Below, one piece after another: positions 1-6,480 of a stretch of DNA of 8,231 nucleotides. The notes below the pieces were generated by a model that was not told the DNA's origin, did not search any database, and saw only the letters and a list, made by a program, of their open reading frames with translations. The first letter of the stretch is position 1. Every line of letters begins with the position of its first letter. The stretch lies in IMG/VR virus record IMGVR_UViG_2671180695_000017; one strand, given 5' to 3'. The position numbers were made by a program, and so were the translations under genes. Source of the DNA: a virus (taxonomy: Duplodnaviria > Heunggongvirae > Uroviricota > Caudoviricetes).

Positions 1-102
1 TGGGATGAACTGGTTATCCGCCTGGGGCGTTCGCCTGCGCAGCGTTGCGTGAATCACATTTCTGAACCGGACACTGAAATTCCGCCGGGCTTCAGGGGGT
101 AA
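1..102 (+). CDS. 3' end of an upstream ORF running in from the window edge (partial, function unknown)
   Basis: Frame 1 is open from position 1 to a TAA stop at 100-102 (translation ends ...SEPDTEIPPGFRG). No start is visible and I do not recognise the family. Confidence 0.3.
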   Translation, partial: WDELVIRLGRSPAQRCVNHISEPDTEIPPGFRG

Positions 103-142
103 GTGTTAATTTCTGGTCATGAGGTAATTTTCAGGAGGGCTT

Positions 143-568
143 GTGGCAAAAGTTTTTACACAAGAAGAGCGGGAGAAAATTAAAGGGCAGGTTGTTGAAC
201 TCGTACGCCAGAGTGGGCGCGAGACGTTACGACAACTGGAAACTAAAACTGGGGCAACAAGATATCTGATGAGCGTTCTGGCCAGAGAACTGGTTGCCAG
301 TGGCGATGTATACAACTCTGGTTACGGGTTATTCCCGTCTGAACAGGCGCGTAAGGACTGGCAAAATGCTCGCAAAAAACTCTCAAGGGCAAAGGTGAAG
401 AAACCTGCAGTGGTTGATCCGGACCTTATCTGGTCGTTACCAGACGGCGAAATACGCCGCTACGACAGGCGCCTGAATATAATCTGTCGCGAGTGCCGGA
501 AGAGCGAAGCTATGCAGCGTGTACTGGCATTTTATCAAGGAAATGTTAGGTATTTTAGACGTTACTAG
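143..568 (+). CDS. Hypothetical prophage protein (141 aa, basic C-terminus)
   Basis: ORF from the six-frame track with a GTG start at 143 preceded by AGGAGG at 133-138 (4-nt spacer, slightly short). GC content is typical of the prophage backbone. No recognisable motif. Confidence 0.5.
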   Translation: MAKVFTQEEREKIKGQVVELVRQSGRETLRQLETKTGATRYLMSVLARELVASGDVYNSGYGLFPSEQARKDWQNARKKLSRAKVKKPAVVDPDLIWSLPDGEIRRYDRRLNIICRECRKSEAMQRVLAFYQGNVRYFRRY

Positions 569-721
569 ATTAAAGAGCATTAGTTCAGATGTGAATTGAC
601 ATTTTCATGGCGCAGGGTAGAGCCAGCGTGGTTGTCCGCTTTGCGTCAAAACCAGATATTACCAGATTTAGACATATATTCCCGATAGCCCTGCTCTGAT
701 GCTACACTCTGTGCTATTTTC

Positions 722-1408
722 ATGACCCCAATAAAAATATTTATGACTATTGCTGATTTCAAACGGCCTAAATTGGAGCTCCCAAACGGGGCAAACAAAC
801 TACTACTGCACTCTTGCTGTGCTCCATGTTCCGGTGAAGTGATGGAGGCGCTTCAGGCCTCGGGAATCGACTACACCATCTTTTTCTACAACCCGAACAT
901 TCATCCTCAGAAAGAGTATTTAATTCGTAAGGATGAAAATATTCGCTTTGCTGAACAACACGGCGTGCCGTTTATCGATGCTGATTACGACACCGACAAC
1001 TGGTTTGAACGTGCCAAAGGAATGGAATGGGAGCCTGAGAGGGGGATCCGTTGTACCATGTGTTTTGACATGCGTTTTGAGCGGACAGCGTTGTACGCTG
1101 CTGAAAATGGTTTCAGTGTGATCAGCAGTTCACTGGGCATTTCACGCTGGAAAAATATGCAGCAGGTTAACGAGTGTGGGCGGCGAGCTGTTGCGCATTA
1201 TCCGGGTATGGTGTACTGGGATTATAACTGGCGCAAGCAGGGCGGCTCGTCCCGTATGATTGAAATCAGCAAGCGCGAAAAATTCTATCAGCAGGAATAT
1301 TGTGGCTGTGTGTATTCTCTGCGCGATACCAATCTACACCGCAAATCTCAGGGACGCCCTCTTATCAAAATTGGCCAACTCCACTACGGAAAAGAAGAGA
1401 AGGAGTGA
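722..1408 (+). CDS. QueH-like protein (DUF208 family, putative epoxyqueuosine reductase)
   Basis: 228-aa ORF with the N-proximal motif [11 protein letters not shown], which I recall as the hallmark CCAPC cysteine cluster of DUF208/QueH, plus further conserved Cys (CTMC, CGC). No obvious Shine-Dalgarno before the ATG at 722; an alternative ATG lies at 743. Family assignment is from motif memory, not a search. Confidence 0.55.
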   Translation: MTPIKIFMTIADFKRPKLELPNGANKLLLHSCCAPCSGEVMEALQASGIDYTIFFYNPNIHPQKEYLIRKDENIRFAEQHGVPFIDADYDTDNWFERAKGMEWEPERGIRCTMCFDMRFERTALYAAENGFSVISSSLGISRWKNMQQVNECGRRAVAHYPGMVYWDYNWRKQGGSSRMIEISKREKFYQQEYCGCVYSLRDTNLHRKSQGRPLIKIGQLHYGKEEKE

Positions 1409-1440
1409 TTTTATGGATCACCTTTCTGATTGATTTCATA

Positions 1441-1469
1441 TTGGCGAGGTGACGTGAGTTAAGTAGAAT
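1441..1469 (+). promoter_or_regulatory. Putative sigma70 promoter for the hok-family mRNA
   Basis: TTGGCG at 1441-1446 (-35) and TAGAAT at 1464-1469 (-10, 5 of 6 to consensus) with a 17-nt spacer. The predicted start near 1476 sits just before the 5' element at 1473-1487 that is complementary to the 3' end of the locus. Confidence 0.3.
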
Positions 1470-1534
1470 GGCTGCGGGTGCTTGAGGCTATCTGTCTCAG
1501 GCATGAACACTGAAAGGCAGATAGAGAAAAGCCC

Positions 1535-1597
1535 CAGTTAACATTTCGCGTCCTGCAAGACGCTTAACATTAATCTGAGGCCCAATCTATGTCTCAC
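1535..1597 (-). ncRNA. Putative Sok-like antisense RNA (antitoxin of the hok-family locus); ends approximate
   Basis: By analogy with hok/sok and the K-12 hokC/mokC/sokC locus, the antisense RNA overlaps the mok start and SD. On the minus strand there is a candidate -35 TTGCCT (+ coordinates 1627-1632), a 17-nt spacer and a weak -10 TAACCT (1604-1609), giving a start near 1597 that would cover the mok ATG (1589-1591) and its GAGG SD (1577-1580). The 3' end is not defined. Confidence 0.25.
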
Positions 1598-1801
1598 AAA
1601 TGTAGGTTAGCCTCTTACGTGCCGAAAGGCAAGGGGAAGCAGGCTATGAAGCAGCAAAAGGCGATGTTAATCGCCCTGATCGTCATCTGTTTAACCGTCA
1701 TAGTGACGGCACTGGTAACGAGGAAAGACCTCTGCGAGGTACGACTCCGAACCGGCCAGACGGAGGTCGCTGTCTTCACAGCTTACGAACCTGAGGAGTA
1801 A
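1589..1801 (+). CDS. Mok-like ORF: in-frame N-terminal extension of the hok-family toxin frame
   Basis: ATG at 1589 with a GAGG SD at 1577-1580 (8-nt spacer), in the same frame and sharing the stop with the toxin ORF. This matches my recollection that K-12 mokC is an in-frame extension of hokC. Confidence 0.5.
   Translation: MSHKCRLASYVPKGKGKQAMKQQKAMLIALIVICLTVIVTALVTRKDLCEVRLRTGQTEVAVFTAYEPEE
1646..1801 (+). CDS. hok: Hok/Gef-family type I toxin (51-aa small membrane peptide)
   Basis: Translation MKQQKAMLIALIVICLTVIVTALVTRKDLCEVRLRTGQTEVAVFTAYEPEE is colinear with and close to E. coli Gef/HokC as I recall it (MKQHKAMIVALIVICITAVVAALVTRKDLCEVHIRTGQTEVAVFTAYESE). Strong SD AAGGGGA at 1631-1637 with an 8-nt spacer; hydrophobic transmembrane segment followed by the conserved RKDLCEV...TGQTEVA motif. 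Confidence 0.85.
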   Translation: MKQQKAMLIALIVICLTVIVTALVTRKDLCEVRLRTGQTEVAVFTAYEPEE

Positions 1802-1869
1802 GAGACCTGGCGGGGGAGAAATCCCTCGCCACCTCTGATGTGTCAGGCATCCTCAACGCACCCGCACTT

Positions 1870-1898
1870 AACCCGGTTCGGCGGGTTTTGTTTTTTTC
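1870..1898 (+). terminator. Intrinsic terminator of the hok-family transcript
   Basis: Stem AACCCG / CGGGTT (1870-1875 pairing with 1882-1887), 6-nt loop, followed by TTTTGTTTTTTT. Immediately preceded by the fbi-like element at 1851-1866. Confidence 0.6.
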
Positions 1899-1968
1899 TG
1901 GCATTCTGGTTTACAATTCGCACGTCAGCCTGAACACCTGACACCTGCTGCGCCAGCAGAGAAAACAG

Positions 1969-2241
1969 ATGGCGCACAAAACCAAATTTCACAATTCTGA
2001 TACCGACCTTGCCATCCGGCATGGGCGGCGTTCACACGCATTTAAAACCGACTGGTACCAACACCCACCATGTACTGAAGAACAGGCCGAATGGCTAATT
2101 CATAACTACCGCAGACGCGGATACGAGATTAAGAAAGCCCTCAGCCTCGATTATCGTCACTGGATAATCTCCGTCAGGCTTCCTTACTCTGAACGCCCAC
2201 CGCGTCCGTCCCGCACATTCCAGCAACGCATCTGGAGGTAA
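1969..2241 (+). CDS. Hypothetical prophage protein (90 aa)
   Basis: ORF with ATG at 1969; its TAA stop (2239-2241) lies 1 nt before the GTG start of the next gene, suggesting translational coupling. Weak SD, no recognisable family. Confidence 0.45.
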   Translation: MAHKTKFHNSDTDLAIRHGRRSHAFKTDWYQHPPCTEEQAEWLIHNYRRRGYEIKKALSLDYRHWIISVRLPYSERPPRPSRTFQQRIWR

Positions 2242-2242
2242 C

Positions 2243-3525
2243 GTGCGGGTATTACTTCGACCTGTTCTGGTACCGGAACTCGGGCTGGTGATCGTTAAGC
2301 CGGGCCGTGAATCCATGCCGGTATTCCACAATACCCGGGTACTGGTGGAGCCGGAACCGAAAAGCATGCGTAATCTGTCGTCCGGGGTCGTTCCTGCCGT
2401 TCGCCAGCCGCTGGCGGAGGATAAATCATTACTGCCATTTTTCAGCGACGAACGAGTGATTCGTGCTGCTGGTGGCGCTGGCGCATTGTCTGACTGGTTA
2501 CTGCGCCATGTTAAATCCTGCCAGTGGCCACACGGCGATTATCACCACAGTGAAACCGTCATTCACCGTTATGGTACCGGCGCAATGGTGTTGTGCTGGC
2601 ACTGCGACAACCAGCTGCGCGACCAGACCTCCGAATCACTCGGGCAACTTGCTCACCAAAACCTGTTTGCATGGATGATTGACGTCATACGCCATGCAAT
2701 GAATGGCTCGCAGGAACGGGAATTATCGCTGGCTGAATTATCCTGGTGGGCGGTCCGCAATCAGGTGGCGGACGCGCTACCGGAAGCGGTATTACGTCAG
2801 GTACCGGCGCAATGGTGTTGTGCTGGCACTGCGACAACCAGCTGCGCGACCAGACCTCCGAATCACTCGGGCAACTTGCTCACCAAAACCTGTCTGCATG
2901 GATGATTGACGTCATACTCCATGCAATGATTGGCTCGCAGGAACGGGAATTATCGCTGGCTGAATTATCCTGGTGGGCGGTCCGCAATCAGGTGGCGGAC
3001 GCGCTACCGGAAGCGGTATTACGTCGTTCGCTGGGGTTGCGTGCGGAAAAAATCCGCTCAATGTACCGTGAAAGCGACATCGTACCGGGAGAGCAGACCG
3101 CCACCAGCATACTGAAGCAGCGCACAAAAAATCTTGCGCCGCTGCCTCACGCCCACCAGCAAAACCCGCCACAGGAAAAGACGGTGGTCAGCATTGCCGT
3201 TGATCCGGAGTCACCGGCTCAGTATCTCCAGCGCCAGAAATCACAACGGGAAGAGATGCCTGTATACACGCGTTGGGTAAAAACGCAGAAATGCATGACG
3301 TGTGGCAATCAGGCAGATGATCCGCATCACATCATTGGTCATGGACTGGGAGGGATGGGAACAAAGGCTGATGATTTGTTTGTTATTCCGCTGTGCCGTA
3401 AATGCCATAGCGAACTACACGCCGGGGTAAAAGATTTTGAAGAAAAACACGGCAGCCAGCTGTTGTTGCTGATTCGTTTTTTAATGCACGCGAGAAATTC
3501 GGGTGTTTTGAAGTGGAAAGCATAA
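2243..3525 (+). pseudogene. YbcO-like (DUF1364-type) zinc-binding putative nuclease gene with N-terminal extension, frame-disrupted by a 227-bp tandem duplication
   Basis: GTG at 2243 with GGAGG at 2234-2238. The frame-2 ORF 2243..2905 and the frame-1 ORF 2746..3525 encode the same ~75-aa stretch (GTGAMVLCWHCDNQLRDQTSESLGQLAHQNL...AVRNQVADALPEAVLR) because 2573-2799 is repeated at 2800-3026 (227 nt, equal to 2 mod 3). Removing one copy gives a single continuous 351-codon ORF ending at 3525. The C-terminus (CMTCGNQADDPHHIIGHG...IPLCRKCHSELH) has a CxxC...HH...CxxCH motif and sits directly upstream of rusA, as ybcO does in DLP12. Confidence 0.55.
2573..3026 (+). repeat. Tandem direct duplication, 2 x 227 bp, 3 mismatches between copies
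   Basis: Direct comparison: 2573-2799 and 2800-3026 are identical except three substitutions (ctgtTtgc vs ctgtCtgc; atacGcc vs atacTcc; atgaAtgg vs atgaTtgg). Junction ...attacgtc|ag|gtaccgg. Confidence 0.9.
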
Positions 3526-3906
3526 ATGACTGAACGCATAGAATTTGTTTTGCCTTACCCGCCAACGGTGAACACTTACTGGCGTCGTCGTGGCAGCACA
3601 TATTTTGTATCAAAAGCCGGGGAGCGTTATCGCCGGGCAGTGGCGCTTATTGTTCGCCAGCAGCGGCTGAAATTAAGCCTGTCCGGAAGGTTGGCAATAA
3701 AAATTATTGCAGAACCACCGGATAAGCGCCGCCGTGACCTGGACAATATTCTGAAAGCGCCGCTGGATGCGCTGACGCATGCGGGGTTGCTAATGGACGA
3801 TGAGCAGTTTGATGAAATCAATATCGTTCGTGCTCAGCCAGTATCTGGTGGACGTCTGGGGGTGAAGATTTACCCCATAATGCTTGAAGGGCAGGTCAAA
3901 AAATGA
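3526..3906 (+). CDS. rusA: RusA-family Holliday junction resolvase
   Basis: 126-aa protein with PPDKRRRDLDNILKAPLDALTHAGLLMDDEQ and GGRLGV, matching the conserved RusA core as I recall it for E. coli RusA ([23 protein letters not shown]...DD...GGRL). The ATG overlaps the upstream stop (TAAATG). Confidence 0.85.
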   Translation: MTERIEFVLPYPPTVNTYWRRRGSTYFVSKAGERYRRAVALIVRQQRLKLSLSGRLAIKIIAEPPDKRRRDLDNILKAPLDALTHAGLLMDDEQFDEINIVRAQPVSGGRLGVKIYPIMLEGQVKK

Positions 3907-4724
3907 AACTGGAAGATTTACCGAAATACTACTCCCCAAAATCCCCCGGCCTGACTGATGCATCGGCCTCAACGTCGAAAGATGCGCTGAGTATCACTGA
4001 TGTGATGGCCGCGCAGGGCATGACACCGAATCGGGCTGAGATGGGGTTTTCTGCGTTCCTTGGGAAAATGGGCATTAGTATGAATGACAGAGAGCGGGCA
4101 ACAGAATTGCTGACAGAATATGCACTCAGTCGGTGTGATCGCGTGGCGGCGTTAAGAAAACTCCCGGCAGAAATAAAACCGGTAGTGATGCGCATTATGG
4201 CTTCGTACGCTTTTGAGGATTATGCCCGCAGCGCAGCGAGTAAAAAGCAGTGCCCTTGTTGCTATGGGGAAAAATTTATTGAAAGCGTAGTTTTTACAAA
4301 CAAGGTCCAGTATCCGGATGGTAAGCCGCCGGTATGGGCAAAGTGTACGAAAGGTGTGTATCCGTCTTACTGGGAAGAATGGAAAAAAGTCAGGGAGGTG
4401 GTAAAAGTTGCCTGTCCGGAGTGTGGCGGAAAGGGTGAGGTTTCCACCGCCTGTAAGGATTGCCGTGGGCGTGGTGTCGCCATTCATCGTGAAGAGTCGG
4501 TAAAACGTGGTATGCCTGTTATCAGAGACTGCCAGCGTTGTGGTGGTCGTGGCTGTGAAAGACTACCATCAACGGAGGCATTTAATGCCATATGCAAAGT
4601 GACGAGTGCTATCACGCTTGATACGTGGAAAAAATCAGTGAAACGCTTTTACGATACGTTGGTGGTTCGGTTTGACATTGAAGAGGCATGGGCGGAGCGG
4701 CAGTTAAAGAGGGTAACGCGATAG
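3903..4724 (+). CDS. Putative late-gene antiterminator (Q-like) with DnaJ-type CxxCxGxG zinc-finger repeats
   Basis: Position is diagnostic: directly after rusA (ATGA overlap) and directly before a promoter that matches lambda PR' through its -10 and initial transcribed region. The protein carries CPCC plus three CxxCxGxG repeats (CPECGGKG, CKDCRGRG, CQRCGGRG). The N-terminus resembles what I recall of Qin-prophage Q homologues, but that recollection is not secure. Confidence 0.55.
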   Translation: MKLEDLPKYYSPKSPGLTDASASTSKDALSITDVMAAQGMTPNRAEMGFSAFLGKMGISMNDRERATELLTEYALSRCDRVAALRKLPAEIKPVVMRIMASYAFEDYARSAASKKQCPCCYGEKFIESVVFTNKVQYPDGKPPVWAKCTKGVYPSYWEEWKKVREVVKVACPECGGKGEVSTACKDCRGRGVAIHREESVKRGMPVIRDCQRCGGRGCERLPSTEAFNAICKVTSAITLDTWKKSVKRFYDTLVVRFDIEEAWAERQLKRVTR

Positions 4725-4729
4725 TGTTG

Positions 4730-4770
4730 TTGATTTTTCCCGAATCTGTGGTAAATTTGCTCTAACGATG
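4730..4770 (+). promoter_or_regulatory. Late promoter PR'-like with sigma70-dependent pause element (likely Q-utilisation region)
   Basis: TTGATT (4730-4735), 16-nt spacer, TAAATT (4752-4757), then AACGATGGG (4764-4772). The stretch GGTAAATTTGCTCTAACGATGGG closely parallels lambda PR' as I recall it (GGTAAATTTGACTCAACGATGGG), including the -10-like AACGAT in the initial transcribed region. Confidence 0.5.
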
Positions 4771-4805
4771 GGCGTTTTATGCCTGACGTTAGAAGATTTT
4801 TTACA

Positions 4806-4830
4806 CCCCGCCGCCTGGCGGGTTTTTTAT
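4806..4830 (+). terminator. tR'-like intrinsic terminator downstream of the late promoter
   Basis: Stem CCCGCC / GGCGGG (4807-4812 pairing with 4817-4822), GCCT loop, followed by TTTTTT (4823-4828). Lies ~45-65 nt downstream of the predicted late start, so a short terminated transcript is expected without Q. Confidence 0.6.
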
Positions 4831-4950
4831 GACTGAAATCGCGTCAGTACAGTAAACGCGCTGGTGGCGGTGAATACCTGTCTTTCAGCTTGCTGGCTTT
4901 TTCGACAAGAGTTATTGGTGTGTCACGTTAACCGGAAAAGGGAAAAAGAC

Positions 4951-5148
4951 ATGCTAAAACAGCAGGATATGACAGAAACCGCCAGAGTAGTGTTTAATGA
5001 ATTAAGCGTTACCGAACCGGCGACAGTCGGGGAGATTGCACAGAATACTTACCTTTCACGCGAACGCTGCCAGTTAATACTGACCCAGCTGGTTATGGCG
5101 GGTCTGGCAGACTATCAGTTCGGTTGTTACAGACGCCTTCCGCAGTGA
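4951..5148 (+). CDS. Small putative winged-helix DNA-binding protein (65 aa)
   Basis: ATG at 4951 with AAGGG SD about 8 nt upstream. I prefer this over the tracked GTG at 4864, which has no SD. The stretch TVGEIAQNTYLSRERCQLILTQLVMAGL looks like a helix-turn-helix or winged-helix recognition region. First gene of the Q-dependent late transcript. Confidence 0.45.
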   Translation: MLKQQDMTETARVVFNELSVTEPATVGEIAQNTYLSRERCQLILTQLVMAGLADYQFGCYRRLPQ

Positions 5149-5160
5149 AGGCTTTTTTAT
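5135..5160 (+). terminator. Intrinsic terminator overlapping the stop codon of the small wHTH gene
   Basis: Stem GCCTTC / GAAGGC (5135-5140 pairing with 5147-5152), loop CGCAGT, then TTTTTT (5153-5158). The TGA stop (5146-5148) lies inside the hairpin. Confidence 0.5.
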
Positions 5161-5175
5161 TTGTGGTAAATGGGC

Positions 5176-5206
5176 GGCTGGTGGGTGTTAGGGGCACCCA
5201 CCAGCC
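5176..5206. repeat. Perfect 12-bp inverted repeat with 7-nt spacer in the methyltransferase leader
   Basis: GGCTGGTGGGTG ttagggg CACCCACCAGCC, with no T-run after it. Two further hairpins follow (5248-5266, stem CTGCTTT/AAAGCAG; 5271-5289, stem AGCCT/AGGCT) before the methyltransferase ATG at 5299. Confidence 0.7.
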
Positions 5207-5298
5207 ATCTGCTCATGCGTTGGGTTCACAAGCAAACCTCAGGCCCACTGCTTTGCGCAAAAGCAGAATGAGCCTATCAGAGACAGGCTTAATGATCC

Positions 5299-6348
5299 AT
5301 GCTTAATACTGTAAAAATATCCAGTTGTGAGTTAATCAACGCCGACTGCCTGGAATTTATCCGGTCGTTACCCGAAAATTCTGTTGACCTGATAGTCACG
5401 GACCCGCCGTACTTTAAAGTGAAGCCTGAGGGCTGGGATAACCAGTGGAAGGGCGACGATGATTACCTGAAGTGGCTGGACCAGTGTCTGGCGCAGTTCT
5501 GGCGGGTGCTGAAACCTGCCGGAAGTCTTTACCTGTTCTGTGGTCATCGCCTGGCATCTGATATCGAAATCATGATGCGTGAACGCTTCAGTGTGCTGAA
5601 CCATATTATCTGGGCGAAGCCGTCCGGACGCTGGAACGGATGCAACAAGGAAAGCCTGCGGGCGTATTTCCCCGCCACAGAGCGCATTCTGTTCGCGGAA
5701 CATTATCAGGGGCCGTATCGTCCGAAAGATGCCGGGTATGCGGCGAAGGGCAGTGCACTGAAACAGCATGTGATGGCCCCGCTGATTTCTTACTTTCGTG
5801 ATGCGCGCGCGGCCCTGGGGATAACGGCAAAACAGATTGCAGATGCCACAGGAAAGAAAAACATGGTGTCGCACTGGTTCAGTGCCAGTCAGTGGCAGCT
5901 ACCGAACGAAAGCGATTATCTGAAATTACAGTCGCTGTTTGCCCGGGTGGCAGAAGAGAAACATCAGCGCGGTGAACTGGAAAAGCCCCACCACCAGCTG
6001 GTGGATACGTATACGTCACTGAACCGGCAGTATGTGGAGCTGCAGAGTGAATATAAGCATCTGCGGCGGTATTTTGGTGTGACGGCGCAGGTGCCGTACA
6101 CGGATGTGTGGACACATAAACCGGTGCAGTTCTATCCCGGGAAACATCCGTGCGAAAAACCGGCAGAAATGCTGCAGCAGATAATCAGCGCAAGCAGTCG
6201 TCCGGGTGACCTGGTTGCAGATTTTTTTATGGGCTCAGGTTCAACGGTAAAAGCTGCACTGGCGCTCGGGCGTCGTGCGATTGGCGTTGAACTGGAGACC
6301 GGACGTTTTGAGCAGACAGTCAGGGAAGTTCAGGATTTAATCGTTTGA
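5299..6348 (+). CDS. Orphan DNA methyltransferase, beta-class (DPPY motif IV N-terminal, FxGxG motif I C-terminal); probably N6-adenine-specific
   Basis: DPPYF at residues 35-39 (nt 5401-5415) and FFMGSGST near the C-terminus (around nt 6224-6247), in the circularly permuted order typical of beta-class amino-methyltransferases. No restriction endonuclease gene is adjacent. Confidence 0.85.
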   Translation: MLNTVKISSCELINADCLEFIRSLPENSVDLIVTDPPYFKVKPEGWDNQWKGDDDYLKWLDQCLAQFWRVLKPAGSLYLFCGHRLASDIEIMMRERFSVLNHIIWAKPSGRWNGCNKESLRAYFPATERILFAEHYQGPYRPKDAGYAAKGSALKQHVMAPLISYFRDARAALGITAKQIADATGKKNMVSHWFSASQWQLPNESDYLKLQSLFARVAEEKHQRGELEKPHHQLVDTYTSLNRQYVELQSEYKHLRRYFGVTAQVPYTDVWTHKPVQFYPGKHPCEKPAEMLQQIISASSRPGDLVADFFMGSGSTVKAALALGRRAIGVELETGRFEQTVREVQDLIV

Positions 6349-6397
6349 AACGGATGAGATTGCAGAATTAATTACGCACCATTATTATTCTGCTTCC

Positions 6398-6473
6398 GGC
6401 CCTTTAGCTCAGTGGTGAGAGCGAGCGACTCATAATCGCCAGGTCGCTGGTTCAAATCCAGCAAGGGCCACCA
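6398..6473 (+). tRNA. tRNA with CAU anticodon, closest to E. coli tRNA-Ile2 (lysidine type, reads AUA); phage ileZ-like
   Basis: Manual cloverleaf: acceptor GGCCCTT/AAGGGCC, D-arm GCTC-AGTGGTGA-GAGC, anticodon loop CTCATAA (CAT at 6431-6433), T-arm GCTGG-TTCAAAT-CCAGC, discriminator A plus encoded CCA. Very similar to E. coli ileX as I recall it. Position 27-43 is an A-C mismatch. Confidence 0.85.
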
Positions 6474-6480
6474 TCACAAA

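Noticed and set aside
596-720. Candidate sigma70 promoter elements upstream of the QueH-like gene (TTGACA at 596-601; TATATT at 675-680)
   Set aside because: Neither hexamer has a partner at proper spacing (TTGACA is followed 17 nt later by AGAGCC; TATATT has no -35), so no promoter is called.
933-1121. 62-aa + strand ORF nested inside the QueH-like gene
   Set aside because: Alternative frame wholly inside a longer ORF that carries a recognisable motif; no RBS.
2095-2367. 90-aa minus-strand ORF spanning the junction of the 1969-2241 gene and the YbcO-like gene
   Set aside because: Antisense to two tightly coupled + strand genes; no RBS; typical shadow ORF.
2463-3172. Several overlapping 60-90-aa ORFs in alternate frames and on the minus strand (2463-2678, 2703-2909, 2930-3115, 2912-3172)
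   Set aside because: They arise within or across the 227-bp tandem duplication and are alternate-frame shadows of the disrupted YbcO-like reading frame; the two 2703/2930 ORFs are simply the same sequence read twice in the two repeat copies.
3339-4487. Chain of minus-strand ORFs (3339-3539, 3383-3613, 3627-3821, 3790-3972, 3929-4195, 4152-4487) opposite rusA and the Q-like gene
   Set aside because: All are antisense to + strand genes with strong positional or motif support; no RBS signals.
4886-4906. Possible second terminator (CAGC-tt-GCTG followed by GCTTTTT) after the tR'-like terminator
   Set aside because: The stem is only 4 bp with a 2-nt loop, which is sterically implausible; the T-run is probably incidental.
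4864-4950. N-terminal extension of the small wHTH ORF from a GTG at 4864
   Set aside because: No Shine-Dalgarno, whereas the internal ATG at 4951 has an AAGGG SD; the extension is probably untranslated leader.
5124-5306. 60-aa + strand ORF across the methyltransferase leader
   Set aside because: It runs through the terminator and palindromic hairpins, lacks an RBS, and overlaps the methyltransferase start; more plausibly a structured non-coding leader.
5368-6115. Three minus-strand ORFs (5368-5874, 5606-5830, 5879-6115) inside the methyltransferase gene
   Set aside because: Antisense shadows of a confidently assigned CDS in GC-rich sequence.
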